NCBI GenBank assembly: GCA_000002445.1
Contig: CP000071.1
Location: forward strand, 2,112,001-2,176,000
Length of the DNA: 64,000 nucleotides
Reading direction: 5' to 3'
DNA from: Trypanosoma brucei
Lineage: Eukaryota
Position 1 is the stretch's first letter. Every line of letters starts with the position of its first letter. The notes beneath the pieces were generated by a model. The model saw nothing but the letters and a program-made list of their open reading frames with translations. It ran no database searches and was not told the DNA's origin. Both the position numbers and the translations under genes were made by a program. Below, one piece after another: positions 22,955 through 32,746 of the stretch.

Positions 22955-24142
22955 ATGCTAATGTGCATGCGCCCAGTAGCGGTCGCCTGTGTCTTCGTGG
23001 CTCTTGCAACGGTGGCAACTGTTCACGGCGCCATCCATTTCCATGAGAAGTTCAGCAGCATTGACCACTGGACAGCCTCAAAGGCACGCAGTGATTACGG
23101 CAAAGTGGAGCTGTCTGCCGGCAAGTTCTACGCGGATGCGGAGAAGAGCAAGGGCCTTCGACTTACGGAAGATGCTCGCTTCTATGCTCTCTCCACACCA
23201 CTCCCCACTCCCATCACAAACGAGAAGAAAGACTTCGTTGTTTCTTTCTCTGTGAAACATGAGCAGGACCTCCGGTGCGGCGGCGGGTACATTAAGCTCC
23301 TTCCACAGATGGATCCAGCTGAGCTCAAGGGGGAAACGAAGTATTGGCTCATGTTCGGACCTGACCGCTGCGGATACGACAAGAAGATTCACATCATCAT
23401 CAGCTACAACGGCGCAAACAGAGAGTGGAAGAAGCGCCCAAGCTACCCTGATGACAAACTAACCCATGTCTACACGCTGCACATCACCCCCAGTAATTCG
23501 TACGAGTTCTTCCTTGACGGCGTTTCGAAAGAAAAGGGAACCCTGGAGGCTGATTGGGATTTCCTCCCCGAAAAAGAAATTGATGACCCCGAAGACAAGA
23601 AACCCGCCGACTGGGTGGACGTGCCAACCATCGACGACCCAGAAGACAAAAAGCCGGAGGACTGGGACAGCGAACCGGAAAAAATTGTCGACCCCGAGGC
23701 GAAGAAACCAGAAGACTGGAACGATGCTGAGGACGGTGCATGGGAGGCCCCTATGATACCAAACCCAAAGTCGAAGGGCCCGTGGGCACCCCGTAAGATC
23801 CCGAACCCGGCCTACAAGGGTCCATGGGCGCCACGCAGGATCCCCAATCCAGCGTATAAGAATGATGAGGAACTTTACAAAATTCCTGAGCCTCTCACAC
23901 ATGTTGGCATTGACGTGTGGCAAGTGGAATCCGGCAGTATCTTCAAGGACATTATCATCGGCGATGATGTGAAGGAGGTGCTGGACATTGTGAAGAGCAC
24001 TTATGATGGCATGAAGAAAGCAGAAGAGGATGCCCTCGCAGCCTTCGAGAAGAAGAAAGAACAAGATAAAAAGGAGGAAAACAAGAAGGAAACCGACGGG
24101 GAAGAGGACAAAAAGAAGAAGGAGGATAAGTCAGACTTGTAG
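22955..24142 (+). CDS. CRT: calreticulin
   Basis: N-terminal signal peptide (MLMCMRPVAVACVFVALATVATVHG), a globular lectin domain (CGGGYIKLL..KYWLMFGPDRCG), P-domain repeats (KPADWVD / KPEDWD / KPEDWND and GPWAPRKIPNPAYKG x2, about 23590-23860), an acidic KKEE-rich C-domain and a C-terminal -KSDL ER-retrieval-like tail. Confidence 0.95.
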   Translation: MLMCMRPVAVACVFVALATVATVHGAIHFHEKFSSIDHWTASKARSDYGKVELSAGKFYADAEKSKGLRLTEDARFYALSTPLPTPITNEKKDFVVSFSVKHEQDLRCGGGYIKLLPQMDPAELKGETKYWLMFGPDRCGYDKKIHIIISYNGANREWKKRPSYPDDKLTHVYTLHITPSNSYEFFLDGVSKEKGTLEADWDFLPEKEIDDPEDKKPADWVDVPTIDDPEDKKPEDWDSEPEKIVDPEAKKPEDWNDAEDGAWEAPMIPNPKSKGPWAPRKIPNPAYKGPWAPRRIPNPAYKNDEELYKIPEPLTHVGIDVWQVESGSIFKDIIIGDDVKEVLDIVKSTYDGMKKAEEDALAAFEKKKEQDKKEENKKETDGEEDKKKKEDKSDL

Positions 24143-25643
24143 AGCTCAACACACGTCCTTCATTAACATGTCAGTGAAAGTATAGTTCTTTCAACTGTTT
24201 ATGTGGTCACGGCTTGTTCAGAGGAGTTTGTGAGGGGCGATGTCTCTCCGTGTTTTTGTGTGGTTGCTTTATATATTGCCTTGTAACATTTAAACCCATA
24301 AGACTTCAGTAAAACAGAGAAAGGGGGAATGAAAGGTATCAAATGGGGAAAGAGAATTTCCACAGGGAGGGGAAAAAGCTACCAGGGTTTCCGAAAGGAG
24401 GGAAAAGAGGTGTGCTCATAAGGACGTGGTATGTAGAAGGGAGAGAAGTACAGGAAGCGCATTTGAGGAGAAGGGTGACGAAGAATTCTAAAAAAAAAAA
24501 AGAAGGAAGGGGCAGTCCAATGGGTTTCCAAAGCGCCAAGTGGGTCATGCAATTCAGAGGCGCGACAACCTCCCTGGACTTTGATTTATCAAAGGATGGG
24601 GGGAATGCGCAGTTTTGCCTACTGCTGCTGCTGTGGTCCTTCTCTCGGTTCCGTTGTCCCTCCATATACCGTCTGGTTCTTTGTTGTTTTTTTCTACCCG
24701 GGGTCTGGTGGCAGGCGGCCCTGCATCAAAAAATGACAACGCTTGAGTCTGTGGGCTGCAGGGAATGGGGAAATGAAAACCGGATGGCTTTCATGCATGG
24801 AAACATTTGCCTCAGTGTCTCCAGTGGCAGGACTACTGTAAGGGAAAAGAAGATACAAGAGGAGTGGAAGAGTGGCAATGGTGAGGAGAAAGGATTTATG
24901 ATCAGCAACAGATGTCAAGGTCGAACCGCAGAAGGAAAGTGAGCGAAGTGGATGGAGGAAGGAAAGAAGGGGAGTTAAGAAGCAAGAAGGGGCTCCGCTG
25001 TGGGATCTCTTCATGCTTCCCGTAGACGCAGGCAAATGTTTCCTCTTGTTTTGTTTAACGTGCTTTGGGGTATTTGGCTTTTTAACCTTCTTTTTGCATG
25101 TTTTTCATCAGCCGGATCCCTTCTTACTTTCCTGTTTTCACTTGTCTGATTCATACTTACCGGCACTTCGAGCTATCAAAGCAGTCGCCGCTGCATACCC
25201 ATATATATATATATTTGCCTATTGGGTGGCGTACCTGCTAAACACGTCCACTTCTCTCGCCACCGCTGTGATTCTTTTGCCTTGCTCGTATTTAGTCCTT
25301 TTCCATCTGTTAGGAAACACCTCTGCCGTCAGTGGCGGCTGGAGGGAGAAACTCTGAGTGAAGAATCATATACCAGGAAGAAGGAAAAAGGTTAGTAAAG
25401 GGCAACGCCTTCGCACGCGCACACAACTTCTGCTTGTACAGGAAGAGGTGGCAGTGGTTTATATATTCCTACATAGTCCCCGCCTTGTACTTCCGCAGTG
25501 TGTGCTTGGTGCAGGTAAGACAGGAGGCGAAGTGATAAGTAGAAGCTGCAAAACAAATACACGCTTACAGCTGCAGCCGTTCGTATACATACATATATAG
25601 AATTTACTACATCATATAGTGCAAGTCGGAAGGGGAGGAGAAG

Positions 25644-28223
25644 ATGTCAGCCCAGCTGCAGCAAAAGTTATTTCGCATTCCCGGAAATATTGCCGTCTCC
25701 GTTGGCCTCCACTGGGATTTCGTCGGCGCGGACCCCGTGGACCTTGATCTGAGTGCTGTAGCTTTTAGCAGTGAGGGAGTCCTGCTTGATGTGGTTTTCT
25801 TCAATCATCCTTTTCCAGTCGGCACCGATGAGGAGGCGCTACGAGACTGCGGCTTCCTCGTTGACCCGCAGCAACTGCCTTATATGTTTATCAGTGGCGA
25901 CAGTCGTATTGGAGGCGAAGAAGAGAACCGTCTACCAGGACTTGCACTCGCTGCTCGCCGCCGTGCTCTCCAAATGCGGGGCGGAAGAGACGACGAGCTG
26001 AAGCGGTTTGGAGTCATTGAATCTATTTTCTCCCGCATCTACAACGAATCGGAGCTAGAGATGGTTGAGGAGGTGCTGAATGACAAGCGTGGCGGAGGTC
26101 ACATATTTGATGAAGATGGACGAGCGTTTCGTAGCGAAAACTCTCGCGAGATGTGCGACGAGTCTGTAACGTTCGTGATGCACAAGATACCGTCCGAGGC
26201 GGCGGTCATATTTCTCGTTGTGACCAGCTACACCGGAGCTGACTTTTCTGTACTACCCACTGTCAAGCTTGTTGTGGTGAATGAAATGACAAATGAGCAG
26301 GTGGGGACAATTGATCTGAAGCACGCCACTGGAAATGGCACGGCAAACTTGGCGTGCATGCTCTGCCGCGTTCCTACGAGGCTCAGCGGTAGCACAGCAC
26401 CTGGAAGTGCCAATGGAACAATAACAATGGACGGGGGTTCTCGTCAGTTATGGGACTTGCGAGAGCTGAACATCCGGACGTTTGGTTACACTTTTGTAGA
26501 CACGCTACCCACCATGATGGACGTCCTTGGAGTGGAGGTGAACTCCCGCACTAATGCGGTCTGGCAACTTCCAGACTACTCATTATCAAAGGATTCATAC
26601 GGGGCGTTGCGGCAGCCGCTCTCGGATGTGCGGTTCGGGGTTGGTTGGGGTGGTGATCACGATTTAGATTCCTTCATGGTGTTTTTAGACGAAAAGAATA
26701 ATTACGTAGACCACATTAACCCAAAACCGGTTAAGCTACAATCGAGATTCCCACACACCGCACGTCATTCGGGGGATGCAATTAATGGATATAGTGCCGT
26801 GGGCGATGAAGAATTTATTGACCTAGTCACGTACCGCCTCCCGTTGGAGGTGCACACAATTATATTCGGTGTGTGTTACGTAGAGGGCGGCCGTAGCACA
26901 AGGAGCATTATGGATGTGCCCAAGTTCTACATGCGGCTGCAGAATCGCACGGCAGCATGGCCGAACGCCATTGAAGTAGACCGCTGGAATGTTCATGAGG
27001 AAATAAAGCGGGCAGATGAGGAAAGAAAAAGGTTGAAGGAAGCGCAGCTGCAAGGCTCCAAGTCAGCGGACAACCTTCCAAAGGTTAGTGAGTTGTCCTC
27101 ACGCCTCTTACACACCTACAAGGGAGCCGACGGTAAGATGTTTCCCGTGCGTGCGCTGGTGCTCGGCATGATGGTCAAAACTGCAGAAGCTCCGCTTAGG
27201 GAACTCTACCCGGAGGCTTGCGCTCAGAAGCCTGAAGGGGAGTTGGGGGAAGTGGAACGGCGAAATTCGAGCGGATCTCCACGTGACTCCGACGCTCAAG
27301 TAGCAACGGAAGAGGAGGACGGGAATGCAGCGGGTGCTGATCCGCTTCCAGAAAGCGATACTGTTGTTTCCGTGTTTCAGTATCTCCCCATTCACGAGTA
27401 CGTTCCCATCAGCAATGCAAAAGGGTTTGTGGAAATGATGCCGTATATGCGCTGCATAGCAAAGTACTGTCGGAACAAGCCTAGCAGCAATTTAGCAACT
27501 CGAAGTAGTGCGGATCAGAATATTAATAACCCACTACGACTGCAAACCTTCCAGCCGCAGCTAAGCACACAGACTTCTATGTGGGATCAGGTACGAGCTT
27601 CCAGTGGAGTGCTTTCCTACCACGCCGTGAGGGTGCAGTTTCTTGAGGTGCGGCATCTGCAACCGGAGCTGCCACACGTATTCAAGTGCCACGGTGAGGT
27701 GTGGGTATGCGAAAAGACACCCTTTACGGAGAAGCGCTCACTAACCGTATACGACCAACCAACCTTCCGCACACCATACTTAATGCACAGGCAGAACATG
27801 CAGTGGGACGAAAGCAACCCAGCCACGGCCGCGTTACTCTTCGTACGGGAATTTGATCGTATCCGTGTGGTTATATACGAGCGCGCCGCCTTCGGCTACG
27901 TGGACATTGACCTTATGGATATTAACGAGTTGTGGTCACAGAACCCGCAACCTGATCTGTTCGTGCCAAATGCAACGCAGCCGGCGAGTCTTATGTCCGC
28001 CACCCCGGCGCAGGACCGGTGGTTTCAGTTAAGCGGTGGACCACTTAGTGATGGGTTAGTGCGGCTGCGCATATCTCGTGCTCCGATTGGAAAGCTGCTC
28101 GAGGAGAGTGAGCGAACCATTGCAGCAGCAAAGAAGAAAAGGCGAGACCATGCGAGGGCTGTGGAGGAAGAAAAACATGAGGCTGCTAGAGAAAGGTACT
28201 CAGGACCGTGCTGCATCATGTAA
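25644..28223 (+). CDS. protein with two tandem TerD-like domains and a C-terminal C2-like region
   Basis: N-terminal region (about 25686-26378) matches the TerD (tellurite-resistance / cAMP-binding CapA-like) fold: VDLDLSAVAFSSEGVLLDVVFFNH ... GDSRIGGEE ... AAVIFLVVTSYTGADFSVLPTVKLVVVNEMT. A second TerD-like module lies at about 26436-26963 (GVGWGGDHDLDSFMVFLDEKNNYVDHINP ... HSGDAINGYSAVGDEEFIDLVTYRLP ... IIFGVCY). After a coiled-coil/acidic linker, aa about 620-800 look C2-like (beta-sandwich-type hydrophobic pattern). Confidence 0.75.
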   Translation: MSAQLQQKLFRIPGNIAVSVGLHWDFVGADPVDLDLSAVAFSSEGVLLDVVFFNHPFPVGTDEEALRDCGFLVDPQQLPYMFISGDSRIGGEEENRLPGLALAARRRALQMRGGRDDELKRFGVIESIFSRIYNESELEMVEEVLNDKRGGGHIFDEDGRAFRSENSREMCDESVTFVMHKIPSEAAVIFLVVTSYTGADFSVLPTVKLVVVNEMTNEQVGTIDLKHATGNGTANLACMLCRVPTRLSGSTAPGSANGTITMDGGSRQLWDLRELNIRTFGYTFVDTLPTMMDVLGVEVNSRTNAVWQLPDYSLSKDSYGALRQPLSDVRFGVGWGGDHDLDSFMVFLDEKNNYVDHINPKPVKLQSRFPHTARHSGDAINGYSAVGDEEFIDLVTYRLPLEVHTIIFGVCYVEGGRSTRSIMDVPKFYMRLQNRTAAWPNAIEVDRWNVHEEIKRADEERKRLKEAQLQGSKSADNLPKVSELSSRLLHTYKGADGKMFPVRALVLGMMVKTAEAPLRELYPEACAQKPEGELGEVERRNSSGSPRDSDAQVATEEEDGNAAGADPLPESDTVVSVFQYLPIHEYVPISNAKGFVEMMPYMRCIAKYCRNKPSSNLATRSSADQNINNPLRLQTFQPQLSTQTSMWDQVRASSGVLSYHAVRVQFLEVRHLQPELPHVFKCHGEVWVCEKTPFTEKRSLTVYDQPTFRTPYLMHRQNMQWDESNPATAALLFVREFDRIRVVIYERAAFGYVDIDLMDINELWSQNPQPDLFVPNATQPASLMSATPAQDRWFQLSGGPLSDGLVRLRISRAPIGKLLEESERTIAAAKKKRRDHARAVEEEKHEAARERYSGPCCIM

Positions 28224-28469
28224 TGGTTGGAACCGGGGTTGTCGTTTGCTTTGCTCTACCTCTTGTCGACATCACCAATATGGTATATTATAGACTAACT
28301 TCCATTTCGTTAGATGTTGTGTGTTGAAGTTATGTATTCGAGGAATTTCTTCCAGCGTTGCGATTTCGCATTGCATGACGCTCCCCGTACCGTTTCCACC
28401 TTTTTACTTTGGTGATGTTGCAACTAAAAAAAGGTTCTCCAATGCAGAGATGCAGTTGCAGAGGGACAT

Positions 28470-28575
28470 TTTGCTCCCGTCCCTCTTCTTCTTTTATTGT
28501 TTCTCGCCACAGTGCTACTCTTATCCCTACTGTTTGCCTTTACCCACCTCGCTATTTTCCCTACACCCCCCGAAA
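28470..28575 (+). promoter_or_regulatory. polypyrimidine tract upstream of the QCR6-like small ORF
   Basis: C/T-rich run (cccgtccctcttcttcttttattgtttctcgcc...cctactgtttgcctttacccacctcgctattttccctacacccccc) 60-170 nt upstream of the ATG at 28640. It supports the small ORF being an independently processed gene. Confidence 0.4.
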
Positions 28576-28639
28576 CAAGGCCAAGCAGTCACACCCATAA
28601 ACATACGAAGCACAGTGCAAAAAAAAAAAGAAGTCTTTT

Positions 28640-28855
28640 ATGGCCGACGAGGAACCACGCGACATTAAACTTGATCTTGAAAAGGACTGCCTGGCGAACA
28701 ACTGCCAACATAAAGTGCTCGCCTACAGTGCCTGCCTCGAGCGCATCAAGGATATCCCTTCAGAAAAGGAGCCTCACTGCTACCACCAATACTTTGATAT
28801 AGTTCATTGCGTCGATGTGTGCGTTGACCCAAAGCTGTGGCCAACGTTGGTGTAA
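28640..28855 (+). CDS. ubiquinol-cytochrome c reductase hinge protein (QCR6/UQCRH-like), small acidic twin-Cys protein
   Basis: 71-aa ORF (MADEEPRDIKLDLEKDCLANNCQHKVLAYSACLERIKDIPSEKEPHCYHQYFDIVHCVDVCV). It has an acidic N-terminus and two Cys pairs, and the segment YFDIVHCVDVCV matches the UQCRH FDFLHARDHCVAHKLF hinge region. A polypyrimidine tract lies at 28470-28575 upstream. Confidence is moderate because the ORF is small. Confidence 0.6.
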   Translation: MADEEPRDIKLDLEKDCLANNCQHKVLAYSACLERIKDIPSEKEPHCYHQYFDIVHCVDVCVDPKLWPTLV

Positions 28856-30546
28856 CGTCAACGGGACTAAAAAAAATGGGGGAGAGGGTATGATGCTATG
28901 GGAGGGATCAAATCAAAGCAAGAAGGAGCAATGCAGTTCTCACTGGTTGTGACTGGGTTCTTGTCCACTTATTCGCTTATTTACTTTAACTATCGGAATT
29001 GAAGGAAAAGGGTAGGGAAATATATACGACCGTCACTTTAAGATCCGTGCGTAGGAGTGAGCAACCCCTTGCCGCAATTGTGGTTTGACAGTCGGCAAGC
29101 GATTGGAAAAAGTTTGTTAGGTGTTGTTTTGTTCGTTCGATTGTTATTTTTTTTTTCTTTTTGTTTAAGAATGGAGGAGATGCCTGACTCACCCCGCCGC
29201 GGTCGCAAGGTGAGAGGGGCGTCAATTCGACGTGTGGAAGTCTGTTCTACATATTGATGCACCGCATACGACGGGGGGTATTTATTTTCTGGTTGTTGTT
29301 ATTTTCAAGTAAAGGAATTTTAGCATTATATTACGTTTGGGGTGGTGAAACGGGTGGAGATTGGTCCACAGAGGATGTTTAGGCTCGTGAAGGGACATGA
29401 GGGGATTAATTGAGCGCATTTGTAGAGAATTTCAAATGCATTCGTTTGCGAGAACGTCTTCTCCACGATATTCGTGACCCTGCAACTGCGGAAGCCTCCA
29501 ACTGCATTTTGTGGTTACATGACTTTGTCAGTGTAATTTTGCTGTGCGTTCACCTCTTTTTTTTTTGTCTTGCGTTTCTCTTTTTAAAACTTTAATCTCC
29601 TCCCCCTACGACAATTAACACCAATGCAGTTTGTACACAACTGCGCTGTGACCCACCACAGTGCTACATAGGGGTATGCTTTCCGCGACTGTCATTGTTG
29701 GAGAAATAGGGTGCAATTAAAGGCTTTCGCAGCTCCGGCTGTCGTTGGCGCACTTCATGGGCTGTTGATGTCACAATGAGAGCAGTGGTAATGGTCAATA
29801 TAACGATAGCATCAACAGTGGCAACGATGGGTCCTCAACTCCAGGAGCAATCCGCGTCAATGTGACAACCGCTGAGGGGGAAAAGAAAAAGCATTACGTC
29901 ATCCGCTTAGGCGGGGGAACTCATGCAGCCGCAGAATTCCCCATATGGAAAAAAAAATGTTACGTTACCGTCATGATATCCTAGGGTACAGAGAACAACC
30001 GCCTCTTGTTGCTATACTGCCTCGTCATCTTCGGTTCCCGTGCGTGTGACGCTGTGCGGTTGGCAGCATCGCGCACACGAACTTATCACTGAGATGCCAA
30101 AATACTCCACGGCGGTGGCTGATGTTCACACTAGTGGGAAGTTGACCCCCCCCCCCCCCAACAAGGGAGGAGGAAAATCAGAAGAAAAAAAGAAAAAGCG
30201 ATGAGACAACGACTAAGTTGGTTATCGCCTGCACATCGCAGTAGGAACGGTTTCTGACCGATGGTTGCGGGGAGTGGCATTGCGAATGAAGTGAATAACG
30301 TGTCGGTAAATTCTCTTTGACTTAGTTCTGCCTGTTCACTTTTATTCTTTTGGTCCTATTTGTAATATGGAAATGTTTTGATGTCTTGCCTCCCATTTTG
30401 TTGTGTCGTTTCCGTCGTTACAGCTTCATCTCCGTGTTGTTTCTTGTTGGTTTGCAAGACAGTGAGCAGGGTCGTAGATATCAATACACACAAATCTGTA
30501 TTCAAAAACAATTCTCTGTTTTGCCCGTCGATCGCATCGACAAAAG

Positions 30547-31653
30547 ATGAGTGAGCGGAAAGGCAACCACATGGCGCGCCCGTATTCTTCGTTCCGCAAC
30601 TCACTCTCCAACCTCGCCCCCATCGTTATCGTTTGTTTATTCAGTTTCCCGGTACATTTTAAATACGCCTTTGCCGACTACTCGGAGGAGACGGCGTTGT
30701 CTGCTTTAAACTTTTCCAAGGTTTCGTATTGCAATGCCGACCTCATCCGTAATTGGACCTGTGCGGCATGTCGTAATGAGTCTGCGTTCGTCTTGAAGGG
30801 GCTGTTTGAGAATAAAACGGAGGGCACACTGGCGTTTGCAGGGACGAGCGAAGGTAAAATTGTAGTAGCGTTCAGGGGTTCCCTGAATATCGCCAACTGG
30901 GTGGACGACATAAAGTATTGGGGGACTCCATACCCCAACGCGAGCTGCGAAAATTGTTTGGTTCACAGAGGCTTTTTCGATGCTTTCGAGTCACTTAGGG
31001 CACAAGTACGGCAAGCGCTACATGAGCTAATTGTGTCGGAACCAAATTTTCCAGTTCTCATCACAGGACATAGCCTTGGTGGAGCCCTCGCCCTCCTCAC
31101 AGCTGTTGATTTAATGTCTTCCCCTCCAGTAGTGCCATCACTTCAAGGTGGCAATTACCCGTCAGTACAGCTCTATACGTTTGGGAAGCCACGCGTAGGT
31201 AACCCTGCCTTTGTACAGTGGGTGAAAACATTGTTCCGTAGCGGGAGCCATGAGCCCTACCGCGCCGTGCACCGAAAGGACATTGTTCCCCACCTTCCAC
31301 CATTGTTCATGGGTTATGTGCATGCGCCACACGAACTGTGGTTTAAGTATGATGATCCGTTGGAGTGCCTGAACTGCAGCGATATGGACGATATTAACTT
31401 TTCCACGGGAAGTGTAGGGGAGGACTATTGTTGCAGTGACAGCTTGGATTATCCATCTGTGGCGGATCATCTGATGTATCTCGGAGTTTGCACCGGATGC
31501 GCATGCGACGGTCCCACAACAGCATCCATCCCTGGCTTAAATATTTCGTGGGAAACGCGGCAAATGTTGGCGAAGGACCGCGCATATGCGCAGAGGAAAC
31601 GACCCAGGAAATCGTGCTCGGTCCTCCGCGCTGTCGACAAGCCTGCGGACTGA
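30547..31653 (+). CDS. secreted class-3 (fungal-type) triacylglycerol lipase-like protein
   Basis: Hydrophobic signal-like N-terminus, the nucleophile elbow ITGHSLGGALALL (31063-31089), and an upstream lid/oxyanion region (VAFRGS..NW). Multiple Cys residues are consistent with a disulfide-stabilised secreted lipase. Confidence 0.85.
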   Translation: MSERKGNHMARPYSSFRNSLSNLAPIVIVCLFSFPVHFKYAFADYSEETALSALNFSKVSYCNADLIRNWTCAACRNESAFVLKGLFENKTEGTLAFAGTSEGKIVVAFRGSLNIANWVDDIKYWGTPYPNASCENCLVHRGFFDAFESLRAQVRQALHELIVSEPNFPVLITGHSLGGALALLTAVDLMSSPPVVPSLQGGNYPSVQLYTFGKPRVGNPAFVQWVKTLFRSGSHEPYRAVHRKDIVPHLPPLFMGYVHAPHELWFKYDDPLECLNCSDMDDINFSTGSVGEDYCCSDSLDYPSVADHLMYLGVCTGCACDGPTTASIPGLNISWETRQMLAKDRAYAQRKRPRKSCSVLRAVDKPAD

Positions 31654-32746
31654 AATGGATGTGGGTTGCGTGAAGGGATGGAGATAGGAGAAACCCTCGC
31701 GTGCACACGACACCACTTGATATTGGACTTGATCTCTGGAATCGAGGGTTTCCCCTTTAAACTTTCCTTCTGGACGAAAGGGATCCGTTAAATTTGCGCG
31801 TTGATACTGGCGGTAAAGATCAGTATACGTATTCCACTCTTTCACGTTTGTGAGCAGGAGTTTCTTACCTAGTTTTGCATTGTTTTCTTTTTTTTTGTTG
31901 TTGTTATTTTGGGGTGCCTCGTTTTATTGCTGTTGTTTTATCCTTTTCCCCGATGAAACTTGTGGGCTTCCGATAACTGTTGTCCACGCACTCAGCTCTC
32001 CCCACCTCCCTCCTTCAGTGGTGCTGTGGTTTAACCGCAGTAACAGTAACAATCCGTTGGTTGGTCAACGAACAAAAGTGAGGTAATTTTTTTTGAGTTT
32101 GTGAAAACCGTTGGCAAAAAGTTGGCTATAACTCAATAGTAGATTCTTGGTGAGCCAAGAAAAGAAGGAAAAAAAAGAGAAAGAAGACCGACTGCAGTCG
32201 GAGGTGACTCACGCGATAGGGAGATCGAGGCTTAGATGCAAAAATGTACTTGAAGTGGGGGGAGAGGAAGAGTAGAAAACTGGTGCACATGCCTCGATCG
32301 TAACTTATACGCGCGACTATGTTATTGGTCATTGCTCTTCATTTTTTGTTTTTTGCTTGTCTGAGCATTTGGTTCACATCCCCTTGATTACGCAGCGCTG
32401 CCAGTTGGCTCCGCGCTGCATTTCCATTAACTCTCATCCCCACCATCGCATCCTCCCGTGCGCTTCTTATTTTGCCCTTGTTGATATTGCTGTTTGCCTC
32501 CTTATCACTGTTATAGTTCCCGCACGCATAGTTTTTGCTTAGTCACTAGTAGGTGCTATCAGTAGTCTGAAGCCGGTCCTGTGGGGATTCTTGCGGACGG
32601 CGTCGTGAAGCAAAGCACAAGAGAGGCCCAGGTAGGATCACACTGTAAAGGAGGAAAACTATTTATAGGCATACATATACGTTCTTCCCTCGTTCTTACC
32701 TTGCGGGGGCGCATTGCTTCTCTGAGCATCAATCGTACAACTACAC

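Noticed and set aside
24343-24942. 199-aa ORF (K/E/G/R-rich) downstream of calreticulin
   Set aside because: It is encoded by a purine-rich block; the peptide is pure low complexity with no domain. It is more likely part of the calreticulin 3'UTR or spacer.
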